Of a DNA stretch of 64,000 nt, positions 1-9,451 are shown in pieces. Position numbers and translations under genes: made by a program. The stretch is from NCBI GenBank assembly GCA_022703505.1, contig JAKLDN010000001.1, positions 219,389 to 283,388 on the forward strand, read 5' to 3'. Numbering within the stretch: the first letter of the stretch is position 1; every line of letters begins with the position of its first letter. This stretch comes from Spirochaetota bacterium. GTDB lineage: Bacteria > Spirochaetota > Spirochaetia > Treponematales > UBA12059. Under the pieces are notes generated by a model. It saw nothing but the letters and a program-made list of their open reading frames with translations. It had not been told where the DNA came from and made no database searches.

Positions 1-28
1 GCGTGTCTACCAGTTCCACCATCGCCGC
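1..28 (-). tRNA. 5' fragment of a class II tRNA (tRNA-Leu-like), truncated by the left window edge
   Basis: The reverse complement of 1-28 reads GCGGCGA-UG-GUG-G-AACUGGUAGA-CAC-GC. This gives a 7-nt acceptor arm, U8, A14, G18G19 and a UGGUAGAC D-loop with a 3-bp D-stem, as in bacterial tRNA-Leu. The anticodon lies outside the window. Confidence 0.55.
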
Positions 29-41
29 GCGGAACGGAGCT

Positions 42-71
42 TTTATACCCCGTCGGGGCCGCGAACGTCAA
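42..71 (-). promoter_or_regulatory. sigma70-like promoter for the edge tRNA
   Basis: The minus strand reads TTGACG (71-66), an 18-nt spacer, then TATAAA (47-42). It ends 13 nt upstream of the predicted tRNA 5' end. Confidence 0.45.
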
Positions 72-118
72 GCGCCGGATGGAGTCCCAAATGACGCGAA
101 GACATTGAAATCTGCCTT

Positions 119-1900
119 CTATTTGGGCAATCTGATCCCCTTCGGCCCCACCGGAAGCCTCTCCGCGGCCGCGGCTTCGGCTTTCGCCTCGCTGTCCGCC
201 TTGGCGGCGGCCAGGATGCTCGCCGCCCGAGCCAGGGCGGCGTCGATGTCCGGCAGGATGTTTTCGACCCCGATCGCCTCCACCAGGCCGAAGGACTCCA
301 GGGCTTTCCGGGGCTGGTCCCGAACCCCGGACAGGATGAGGGTCGTCCCGTGCCTGCGGCAGTACTTGTGGAAGGACGCGAGGGCGTTGAGACCCGTGGC
401 GTCCACGGCGGGCGCCTTGCGCAGTCGGAGTATGAAGGTCCTGGGGGGCTTTTCCAGGTCCGTCAGGGTGTCCTGGAGCAGGTCCGCGGTCCCGAAGAAG
501 AAGGGTCCCTCGATCTCGAACACCTCACAGCCCGCCGGCACGGTCTTGCGCCCCATGGCCTCGGGATCGTCGGGGGTGTCGGAATCCTCGGACTCCAGGA
601 TCTCCCGGATGGAGCTGACGCTGGAGGTCTCCGAGGTGCGGCGCAGGAAGAGGAAGACCGCCAGGAGCAGACCCACCTGGACGGCCACGGTCAGGTCGAT
701 GGCCACGGTCAGGACGAAGGTGGTCAGCATGACCGCCAGGTCGCTCTTCGGGGCCTTGCGCATCCCCAGGAACCGGGGCAGCTCGCTCATGTCCCAGGCC
801 ACCACCAGAAGGACCGCGGAAAGGCCCGCCAGGGGTATGGCCGAGGCGGCCTTCGATAGGAACAGGGCGAAGGCCAGGAGGACCAGGGAGTGGATGATCG
901 CGGAGACCGGGGACCGGGCCCCGTTCTTGATGTTCGTGGCGGTCCGGGCGATGGCCCCGGTGGCGGGGATGCCGCCGAAGAAGGCCACGGCGATGTTGCC
1001 GATCCCCTGGGCGGTCAATTCGGTGCCGGCGTTGTGCCGGTCCCCGGTCATGCCGTCCGCGACCACCGCGGACAGCAGGGACTCGATGGCCCCCAGGAGG
1101 GCGATGGTCAGGGCGCTGGGGAAGACCGCCCGGATGGTGGCCAGCCGGAGGTCCGGCAGGATCGGGCCGGGGAAGCCCCCCGGGAGCTCCCCGTACTTGG
1201 AGCCGACGGTCTCGACGGGGATCCGGAAGATCCAGACCGCCGCCGCCCCCAGGGCCACGGCGGTCACCGCCGCGGGCACCCGGGGTGCCAGCTTCCGGAT
1301 CAGGATGATGGCCGTGAGGGTTCCGGCCCCCACGCCCACGGTGGCGGGGGACAGGGTGGAGCCGTACTCGATCACCTCCCCGATCCGCTCGAAAAACTCC
1401 GCGTGGGGGTCCGGCACGGAAAGTCCCAGGAAATCCTTGAGCTGGCCTCCGGCTATGATGAGCCCGATACCGGTGGTGAATCCCGTGGTCACGGGATAAG
1501 GGATATATTTGATGAGCTTCCCGAGCCCGGACACCCCCAGGATCACCAAGATGATCCCGGCCAGGAGGGTCGCCGTGACAAGGCCACCCATCCCGTGCCG
1601 CACGATGACCCCCGCGATGATGACCACGAAGGCTCCGGTCGGACCGGAGACCTGGTAGCGGGAACCGCCCAACACGGCCATGAGGAAGCCGGCGATGACG
1701 GCGGTGTACAGGCCCTGGGCGGGGCTGGCCCCGGCCCCGATGGCGAAGGCCATGGCCAGGGGCAGGGCCACCACGCCCACGGTCAGGCCGGCGGTCAGGT
1801 CCTTGAAGAACATCTCCCGGGTGTACCCGGATCTAAGCACATGGAAAAGCTTCGGGGAGAAGGCCCCCCGCAGGAGGGATGAGAAGGATGATGGACTCAT
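119..1900 (-). CDS. SulP-family anion transporter with C-terminal STAS domain
   Basis: The 593-aa ORF has many TM segments (GLTVGVVALPLAMAFAIGAGASP, SRYQVSGPTGAFVVII). Its C-terminal STAS-like tail reads FILRLRKAPAVDATGLNAL. Confidence 0.9.
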   Translation of the reverse strand: MSPSSFSSLLRGAFSPKLFHVLRSGYTREMFFKDLTAGLTVGVVALPLAMAFAIGAGASPAQGLYTAVIAGFLMAVLGGSRYQVSGPTGAFVVIIAGVIVRHGMGGLVTATLLAGIILVILGVSGLGKLIKYIPYPVTTGFTTGIGLIIAGGQLKDFLGLSVPDPHAEFFERIGEVIEYGSTLSPATVGVGAGTLTAIILIRKLAPRVPAAVTAVALGAAAVWIFRIPVETVGSKYGELPGGFPGPILPDLRLATIRAVFPSALTIALLGAIESLLSAVVADGMTGDRHNAGTELTAQGIGNIAVAFFGGIPATGAIARTATNIKNGARSPVSAIIHSLVLLAFALFLSKAASAIPLAGLSAVLLVVAWDMSELPRFLGMRKAPKSDLAVMLTTFVLTVAIDLTVAVQVGLLLAVFLFLRRTSETSSVSSIREILESEDSDTPDDPEAMGRKTVPAGCEVFEIEGPFFFGTADLLQDTLTDLEKPPRTFILRLRKAPAVDATGLNALASFHKYCRRHGTTLILSGVRDQPRKALESFGLVEAIGVENILPDIDAALARAASILAAAKADSEAKAEAAAAERLPVGPKGIRLPK

Positions 1901-1935
1901 GATCCCTTAGCTGTACCCCCGCCGGGCTACCGGGG

Positions 1936-2490
1936 TCAAGTCCCCGGTATCGGCGGAAAATAGAGGTAATCCCGGAACGCGCCCCCGGGGTTCCTGTCTC
2001 CGTAGGGGTGGGAGGAGTTGGCGTTGGCGTGGCAGGCCTGGCAGAAGTTCGTCGTGATCACGGTTTCCTTCCCGGAAGCCATGTCCTTCACCAACCAGAG
2101 CCACCCCCCCCGGGCGTCGGGATCCCCGGGAGCCTTGACCATCACGTCCAGGGTCACGGGTTTTTCCCCGGGGGCGGGGCTGCCGGAGGCGTAGATCTCC
2201 TTGACCACCACGGTGCCTTCGGGGAACTCGAGGCGGCCTGAACCCGCCCCGCCCGCGTACTCCCAGCCCGGGGCGTTCACGTAGATCACCCGGGCCTTGT
2301 CCCCGTGTCCCGGGATCGTGTAGTTCAGAACCCGGTCCACGGGCTTGCGCCAGGAGGTCCAATCCGCGGGTACCCGGGACTTCGGGGTCGCGGGCCCGCA
2401 GGCCGAAAGGACCGCCAGGACCGCCAGGATCGTTGCGCAGGCGGGCAGGATCGCCGCGGCCGCGGCAGGAACGTGTCGGGCAGTCCTCAT
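1936..2490 (-). CDS. cytochrome P460-family heme-binding lipoprotein
   Basis: This 184-aa protein is read from an internal ATG of track ORF 1936..4002. It has a signal peptide with a lipobox (LAVLSAC) and a C-terminal CQACH heme-c motif. Its ATG overlaps the upstream stop (ATGA at 2487-2490). Confidence 0.7.
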   Translation of the reverse strand: MRTARHVPAAAAAILPACATILAVLAVLSACGPATPKSRVPADWTSWRKPVDRVLNYTIPGHGDKARVIYVNAPGWEYAGGAGSGRLEFPEGTVVVKEIYASGSPAPGEKPVTLDVMVKAPGDPDARGGWLWLVKDMASGKETVITTNFCQACHANANSSHPYGDRNPGGAFRDYLYFPPIPGT

Positions 2491-3932
2491 GAAGCGTCTC
2501 CTTCGGGTTCGAGAAGGTAGATCACGCTGGGGCCCTCGACCCCCTTCAGGGCCGTCTTGAAGGGACCCCGGAACGAGAACCCCGGCGGCGTGCCGGCCGC
2601 GTCCCGGGCGTCCCGGGCCACCAGGATCTGTCCCGGCTTGGCCAGGCCGCAGAGCCGGGCGGCTATGTTGACCGAGGCTCCGATGACGGTGAAGTCCGCC
2701 CGGCGGGCCGAGCCGATCATGCCCTGGATCACCTCTCCGCAGGCGATGCCCGCCCCCAGGGCCAGGCCGTCGTAGGCTTCTCCGCCTTTCCGGGCCGCGG
2801 CCATGATGGCAAGGGCGGCGGAGCAGGCCCGGGCGGGGCTGTCCTCCCCCGAGAAGACCGCCACCACCTCGTCCCCCACGAACTTGTCCACGTCCCCCTG
2901 GTGCTCGTGGATGATCCGGGACTGCTCCTCCAGGAGCTTGTTGAGGATTCCGACCACCCGTTCCGGGTCGTGGGAACCCGTATAAGAGGTGAAGCCCCGG
3001 ACGTCCGTGAAGAGCAGGGTCTTCCGGACCCGCTTGGGCTCCTGGGAATCCTGGATCGCCCCGAGGGTGCCCGCGGAGACGTACTTGGTCAGTTCGGAGC
3101 GCTCCCGGAGTCCCCGGACCATGTCGTTCACCTGCCGTCCCAGCCGGGCGATCTCGTCGTTTCCCCGGACGCTGACGACTCCTCCGAAGTCCCCCTGGGC
3201 CACCCGTTCGCAGACCTTTCCGATGGCCGCGACGGGGGCGGCTACTCCCCGGTTCATGATGCTCCCCAGCGCCGCGGCCAGGATGATGGTCAGGACCAGG
3301 AAGCCCGCGCCGCCGGAGGCCAGGGCGAGATTTTCGGACCGGACGAAGGAACTGACGTCGAACTGGACCCCGATGACTCCGCGGATGGTGTGGTCGGAGC
3401 CGTGGCAGGCCGTACACCGGGGAAGGTTGATGAGGGGCCGGTAGATCTTGATGTAGACCGCCGCATCGTCCTCCTGGCGGAAGAACACGTCCTGGGGGGG
3501 CATGGACACCGCCTTGGGAAAGTGGACGCTGTCCGCGGGCATCTGCATCTCCAGGGCCGGGGACGATCGGGGGGCGAACTTTTCCCTGCGGATGTTCGCG
3601 TTGACCTCCTGGATGGTCCGGTTGTCGGAGAAGGCAATCTCCCCGTTCCGCCGGAACAGGGAGATCCGGACCTTGGGGTTGGCGCCCTCGATCTCCCGGA
3701 AGAACTGCACCGCGATCGGGGCCTCCCCGGGAAGCATGAAGTTCTCGATGGCGGTCTGGAGCATGGCCGCTTCCTGGTTCAGGCTCTCCCGGGTGACCTC
3801 CTGCCGGGAACTCGTGAGCACCAGGCCGAACATCAGGGCCGCTATCCCGAGGCCGACCGTCAGGGCAATCACGAGGATCCGGATGATCTTGGCCGCCAGG
3901 GTCGTCGTGCGGTGAGGGCGCATCGTTTCCAT
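2487..3932 (-). CDS. membrane adenylate/guanylate cyclase: heme-c (CTACH, DUF3365/Tll0287-like) periplasmic sensor, HAMP, class III cyclase domain
   Basis: This 481-aa ORF has two TM segments flanking a domain with a CTACH motif. A HAMP domain follows (APVAAIGKVCERVAQGDFGG), then a cyclase core (LLFTDVRGFTSY, FVGDEVVAVF, TVIGASVNIAARL). Confidence 0.85.
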   Translation of the reverse strand: METMRPHRTTTLAAKIIRILVIALTVGLGIAALMFGLVLTSSRQEVTRESLNQEAAMLQTAIENFMLPGEAPIAVQFFREIEGANPKVRISLFRRNGEIAFSDNRTIQEVNANIRREKFAPRSSPALEMQMPADSVHFPKAVSMPPQDVFFRQEDDAAVYIKIYRPLINLPRCTACHGSDHTIRGVIGVQFDVSSFVRSENLALASGGAGFLVLTIILAAALGSIMNRGVAAPVAAIGKVCERVAQGDFGGVVSVRGNDEIARLGRQVNDMVRGLRERSELTKYVSAGTLGAIQDSQEPKRVRKTLLFTDVRGFTSYTGSHDPERVVGILNKLLEEQSRIIHEHQGDVDKFVGDEVVAVFSGEDSPARACSAALAIMAAARKGGEAYDGLALGAGIACGEVIQGMIGSARRADFTVIGASVNIAARLCGLAKPGQILVARDARDAAGTPPGFSFRGPFKTALKGVEGPSVIYLLEPEGDAS

Positions 3933-3968
3933 GTATACAGCCTAGAGACCTGGGGTCTAGAATGCAAT

Positions 3969-4775
3969 ATGCCCTTGAAAAGGAACGGCGGGATCGACGC
4001 ATATTCGGGGCTCGTCCGAGCCTATGAGGAACTCTTCCCGGTCCACCCCGGCACCGTGGGCTATCTGGCCCGGGCGGGCCTGGCTAACGGTGCCCGGGTC
4101 CTGGACGTCGGCTGCGCCTCCGGGGCCCACCCCCGGGCCTTCGCCGCCGCGGGGTACAGGGTCGTGGGGATCGACCCCTCGGAGGCCATGATCGAGGCCG
4201 CACGGGCTTCGGCCGCACGGGCGCCGACGCACCGCAAACCGGAGTCCGGTCCGTCTTCCGGCCCGAAGGGCCGTCCGGAAGCCCCGCGGTTCGAGACCGC
4301 AGGCATGCTCGACCTGGAGCGGCTTTTCCCGGCGAGGACTAGGGACGCGGTCACCTGCCTGGGGAACACCCTCCCCCACCTCCGGGACGAGGCCGAGGCG
4401 GAGGACTTCCTGCGGCAGGCCCGGTCCGTCCTGGCCCCGGGGGGCTTCCTGGTGCTTCAGGTCCTGAACTACCGCCGGATCCTGGCCGAACGGCCGGAAA
4501 GCCTGCCCCGTCTGGAGGCCGGGGCCTGGGTCTTCGAGCGGTCCTATCGGTACGGGGACGGCTTCGTCGAATTCCACACCCGGCTCATAGACCGGAGCCA
4601 TCGTACCCTCTCCGAAGGACGGACCCGCCTTTTGCCCATCTTCCCGGAGAGGATCGCGGACCTGGCGGCGGGCCGGGGCTTCCGGAGCGCCGCCCTGGAG
4701 TCCGGCTGGGACGGGGAGCCCTTCGACCCGGAGACCTCAACCCTGGCGGTTCTGCGGCTTAGCATCCCGGCTTGA
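3969..4775 (+). CDS. class I SAM-dependent methyltransferase
   Basis: Read from the internal ATG at 3969 of track ORF 2901..4775. It carries a SAM-binding motif VLDVGCASGAH and GFLVLQVLN. Confidence 0.8.
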   Translation: MPLKRNGGIDAYSGLVRAYEELFPVHPGTVGYLARAGLANGARVLDVGCASGAHPRAFAAAGYRVVGIDPSEAMIEAARASAARAPTHRKPESGPSSGPKGRPEAPRFETAGMLDLERLFPARTRDAVTCLGNTLPHLRDEAEAEDFLRQARSVLAPGGFLVLQVLNYRRILAERPESLPRLEAGAWVFERSYRYGDGFVEFHTRLIDRSHRTLSEGRTRLLPIFPERIADLAAGRGFRSAALESGWDGEPFDPETSTLAVLRLSIPA

Positions 4776-4783
4776 ATGCCGAA

Positions 4784-4988
4784 GGCGCGGATTATCCGGG
4801 GCAGCCGGTCGCGCTGCCGCGCGACCGATCAACCGTGGCGCGCCGCAGGCGCGGATTATCCGGGGCAGCCGGTCGCGCTGCCGCGCGACCGATCAACCGT
4901 GGCGCGCCGCAGGCGCGGATTATCCGGGGCAGCCGGTCGCGCTGCCGCGCGACCGATCTACCGTGGCGCGCCGCAGGCGCGCCACGGT
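4784..4988. repeat. 64-bp tandem repeat, 3.1 copies, ending in a 12-bp-stem hairpin
   Basis: Units at 4784-4847 and 4848-4911 are identical. The unit at 4912-4975 differs by one base (A>T at 4959). Each unit contains the hairpin CGGTCGCGC-TGCC-GCGCGACCG. The terminal hairpin ACCGTGGCGCGC-CGCAG-GCGCGCCACGGT spans 4960-4988. Confidence 0.95.
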
Positions 4989-7102
4989 TAGAACTCCTCA
5001 AATTCCGAATCCTCCGCGTCCCGGGGCTGTTTCAGGGTGATGCCCGTGGCGGCTGATCGGCTTTGCCGATCAGCCGGCGCCGAAGCAAGCTTCGGCGATT
5101 GTCCGGATCCGCCTTCCGGAGACGGCGCGGAAGTCTTCGCGCCCTTTGCCGCGGTCCGGGACGGTTTGGTAGAAGGGCTTCCCTGGACCGCCGGCCTGCT
5201 TCCCGCGGGAGGGGCGAGCCTCCGGGGACCCGCCGATGGGCGGACGGAGGGCTCCGAGGACCGGGAGGTCCGAACCGCCGACGCGCCGTCCAGCTTGAAG
5301 AAGGACACGGTGTCCGCCATGAGCTCCGCCTGGGAGGCGAGCTCCTCGCTCGTCCCCGCGAGCTCCTCGCTGGCCGAGGCGTTCTGCTGGACCACCATGT
5401 CCATCTGGGTGATGCCCTTGGCGATCTGCTCCGCCCCGCTGGACTGCTCGTTGGAGGCGGCGCTGATCTCCAGGATCAGGTCCGCGGTCTTCTTGATGTC
5501 CGGGACCAGTTCCGCCAGGAGCTTTCCGGCCTCCTGGGCCACCGACACGGAATCCCGGGAAAGGCCGTTGATCTCCTGGGCGGCCTTCTGGCTCCGCTCC
5601 GCGAGCTTGCGGACCTCGCTGGCGACCACGGCGAAACCCTTTCCGGCGTCCCCGGCCCGGGCCGCCTCGATGGCGGCGTTCAAGGCCAGGAGGTTGGTCT
5701 GCCGGGCGATCTCCTCGATGATGGAGATCCGGGAGGCGATCTCCCCCATGCTGTCCGAGGTCTTGGCCACGGCCTTGCCGGAGTCCTCGGCGTTCCGCGC
5801 CACCCGCTGGGCCAGGGAGTCCGCCTGGGAGGTGTTCTCCGCGTTTTGCCGTATCGTGGAGGCAAGCTCCTCCACGGACGCCGAGAGCTCCTCCACGCTG
5901 GCGGCCTGCTCGGTGGCGCCCTGGGAAAGGCCCTGGGCCGTGCTGGAGAGCTCCTGGGAACCCGTGGAAACCTGGCCGGAGGCCTGGCGGATGTCCGTGG
6001 CGATCCGGACCAGGGCCTCGATCATGTCGTTGATGGCCACCGCGATGGCCCCGACCTCGTCCCCCCGCTCCAGGACCTTGCGGGAATAGTCCGAGACCAG
6101 GCGGGCCTTGCCGAGCTCGCCCTGGGCCACGTGCTCCACCGAGACGCGGACATGGTCCACGGGCTTGGCCACGCTGCGGGCCACAAGTACGGAGATCAGG
6201 ATGGACAGGACCAGGGCCACGACGACTGTCACGGCCAGGACCTGGATGAGCTCCGTGGCTGTCTGGCGGATCTCCCGGGTCTCCTGGGTCAGGGCCAAGG
6301 CCCAGCCCGGACTGCTCGGGACCTTCACGAAGAAGGTGGTCACGTCCCGCCCGTCCGGGGTGCTGTAGTGACCCAGGCCGGATTCCTCGGCCAGGAAGCG
6401 GCGCCCGAGCTCCGACAGCCCCTTGTACCCCTTGGCGTCCGTCTCCGAGAGCACGAGGCTCATGGCCACGTCCTTGTTGGGGTGGGCGATCACCAGGCCG
6501 TCCTTGTCCGCGATCCAGCCGTACCCGGTGTGCCCGGACTTCATGGACAGGGCGATCTGGGACAGCTTGCCCAGGTCGATCTGGATGCCTACCAGGCCTC
6601 GCCGTCCCCCCGCGGGATCCAGGACCTCGTGGGCCATCAGGACCACCGGGAGGTTCGTGGCACGGGAGATCACGGCCTTGGAGATGAAGAACCGCTGGGT
6701 TCCGACCACCACGGCCTGGAAATAGTCCCGGTCCTTGACGTTCACCCGGGTCCCCAGGGAGGTGACCGCCTCCCCGTCCAGACCCGCGTAGAAGATCATG
6801 TCGATATCCTCGGAGACCTGGGCCCTTAAGGCCTTCATGAGCTCCTCGATGCGGTCTAGGTCCGCGGTCCGGACCTGGTCCCGGAAGGCCACCATGCGGG
6901 CGGTGGCCTCCATCTTCTTGATGAATTCCGCCATCTGGTCGCCCCGGGCCCGGGTCATCTGCCCCTGGAGCTCCGTCGTGAGTTCCGTGACACGACCGTC
7001 CACCAGGAGGGCGGTTATGATTCCCGTGGCCGCGAAGGCCGCGGCGATGAACACGCTGAAGATGAAGGCGATGCGGAAGGATAGGGAGCGTTTGCGGGCC
7101 AT
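4988..7102 (-). CDS. methyl-accepting chemotaxis protein (Cache-type sensor, HAMP, MA domain) with long C-terminal tail ending EFEEF
   Basis: The MA domain has the highly conserved hairpin ([41 protein letters not shown]). The start is placed at ATG 7102, which has a GGAGG 7-8 nt upstream. Confidence 0.9.
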   Translation of the reverse strand: MARKRSLSFRIAFIFSVFIAAAFAATGIITALLVDGRVTELTTELQGQMTRARGDQMAEFIKKMEATARMVAFRDQVRTADLDRIEELMKALRAQVSEDIDMIFYAGLDGEAVTSLGTRVNVKDRDYFQAVVVGTQRFFISKAVISRATNLPVVLMAHEVLDPAGGRRGLVGIQIDLGKLSQIALSMKSGHTGYGWIADKDGLVIAHPNKDVAMSLVLSETDAKGYKGLSELGRRFLAEESGLGHYSTPDGRDVTTFFVKVPSSPGWALALTQETREIRQTATELIQVLAVTVVVALVLSILISVLVARSVAKPVDHVRVSVEHVAQGELGKARLVSDYSRKVLERGDEVGAIAVAINDMIEALVRIATDIRQASGQVSTGSQELSSTAQGLSQGATEQAASVEELSASVEELASTIRQNAENTSQADSLAQRVARNAEDSGKAVAKTSDSMGEIASRISIIEEIARQTNLLALNAAIEAARAGDAGKGFAVVASEVRKLAERSQKAAQEINGLSRDSVSVAQEAGKLLAELVPDIKKTADLILEISAASNEQSSGAEQIAKGITQMDMVVQQNASASEELAGTSEELASQAELMADTVSFFKLDGASAVRTSRSSEPSVRPSAGPRRLAPPAGSRPAVQGSPSTKPSRTAAKGAKTSAPSPEGGSGQSPKLASAPADRQSRSAATGITLKQPRDAEDSEFEEF

Positions 7103-7261
7103 TGGCACCTCCAAAAAAGTAGAGCCGTACACGTTCGGGTTTCACCCTGGCTTTTTGAAACGGTGCTGAATGGGAGGGCTCGGCTCCTGACATATACTCC
7201 GAATATGTCAGACATCACCGTCCTCAATTGAATTTTAGTGATTACCGGGGAAAAAGCAAAC

Positions 7262-7290
7262 AAAAAAAGGGGCCGGCCTGAGCCGGCCCC
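7262..7290 (-). terminator. rho-independent terminator downstream of the ABC ATPase gene
   Basis: The minus strand reads GGGGCCGGC-TCAG-GCCGGCCCC followed by TTTTTTT. Confidence 0.8.
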
Positions 7291-7322
7291 CGAGGGGTCG
7301 TCGCAACGGATCGGGCGGCGCC

Positions 7323-8438
<1,116 letters not shown>

Positions 8439-8471
8439 ACTTCCTCCGGATCGGGGTATCTTATGGAAGGC

Positions 8472-8500
8472 ATTGTACGGCGGATTTCCGGGTATGTCAA
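8472..8500 (-). promoter_or_regulatory. consensus sigma70 promoter for the ABC ATPase gene
   Basis: The minus strand reads TTGACA (8500-8495), a 17-nt spacer, then TACAAT (8477-8472). Confidence 0.6.
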
Positions 8501-8533
8501 AAAAAAGAGGGGGCGGCCGTCCAAAAAGCCGGC

Positions 8534-9304
8534 CTAGCTTCCTGGACGGCCGCGGAACCATGCCCGGGCGGCGATCCCGAAGGCCACCCCCAGGTTGAGG
8601 CTGGCCTTGGCTCCCCCCATGGGGATCGACACCCGGTATCGGCACCGGGCCAGGAGGTCCGGGGAAAGCCCGAGCTCCTCGGAACCCACGGCCAGGATCC
8701 CCCGTTCCGGGAAGGTAAAGCCATCCAGGGGCTCCCCGCCCAGCTCCAGGGCCACCAGGGGGCCCAGGCCGTCCAGGTCCGCGAGGGCCGCGCGGCGCCA
8801 GGGTACGGTCCGGGTGGTGCCCATGGCCGACCTCTCGGCCCGGGGATGGCCGGGATCGGCGCAGAAGGGGGACAGGAGGATCTCCGCCACCCCGAAGGCC
8901 TCGGCGCTCCGGAACACGGAACCCACGTTGAAGGGACTCCGCACGTCCTGGAGGTAGACCCGGAAGCCCGGCAGGACCCGGCGGGTCTCCGAGGAAAGCC
9001 CCGAGGCGTCCAGAAAGTCCCAGTCCGCGGCGTCCTTCCCGGTCAATCGGAGCATGTGGTGCCGGGCCTCGTTGCAGGCGCGCCGGGGGTCCTCCTCGAG
9101 CCGCAGGGCCAGGCGGCCCAGGTCCGAGCGTACCTCGGAGGGGACGGCCTCGTCCCGGGCAAGCAGATCTAAAAGGCCCCGGGCGTAGCGCCCGTCGATG
9201 TTCCCCCCGGCGCCCAGGGTCTCCTCCAGGGCCCGGAACTCCAGGGCGGCCTTCCGCAGCCGGTGGGAGGGGGTGAGGGTGGAGAGCTTGTGGAGGGGGA
9301 TCAT
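8534..9304 (-). CDS. SpoU/TrmH-family RNA 2'-O-methyltransferase
   Basis: SPOUT C-terminal motifs are present: ILAVGSEELGLSPDLL and IPMGGAKASLNLGVAFGIA. Confidence 0.8.
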   Translation of the reverse strand: MIPLHKLSTLTPSHRLRKAALEFRALEETLGAGGNIDGRYARGLLDLLARDEAVPSEVRSDLGRLALRLEEDPRRACNEARHHMLRLTGKDAADWDFLDASGLSSETRRVLPGFRVYLQDVRSPFNVGSVFRSAEAFGVAEILLSPFCADPGHPRAERSAMGTTRTVPWRRAALADLDGLGPLVALELGGEPLDGFTFPERGILAVGSEELGLSPDLLARCRYRVSIPMGGAKASLNLGVAFGIAARAWFRGRPGS

Positions 9305-9311
9305 GGGAGAA

Positions 9312-9445
9312 GGTGAACAGTGAATAGTGAATAGTGAATAGGTGACTCGATCGTCCTGGTTGATCTTCTCACCATAGCAAGAAGTCTTTCTCCATGCCTT
9401 AAATCAGTTCCACTATTCACCAATTTACCCATTCACCAATTCACG
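9312..9445. repeat. inverted GTGAAT hepta/octamer arrays (locus A)
   Basis: The left arm at 9312-9346 reads GGTGAACAGTGAATAGTGAATAGTGAATAGGTGAC. The right arm at 9408-9445 is its approximate reverse complement (CACTATTCACCAATTTACCCATTCACCAATTCACG). Confidence 0.85.
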
Positions 9446-9451
9446 TTCCCA

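Noticed and set aside
4784-4988. Possible CRISPR array, given regularly spaced GC-rich palindromic repeats.
   Set aside because: The 64-bp units are directly adjacent with no unique spacers, there are only 3.1 copies, and no cas genes are in the window. It is a plain tandem repeat.
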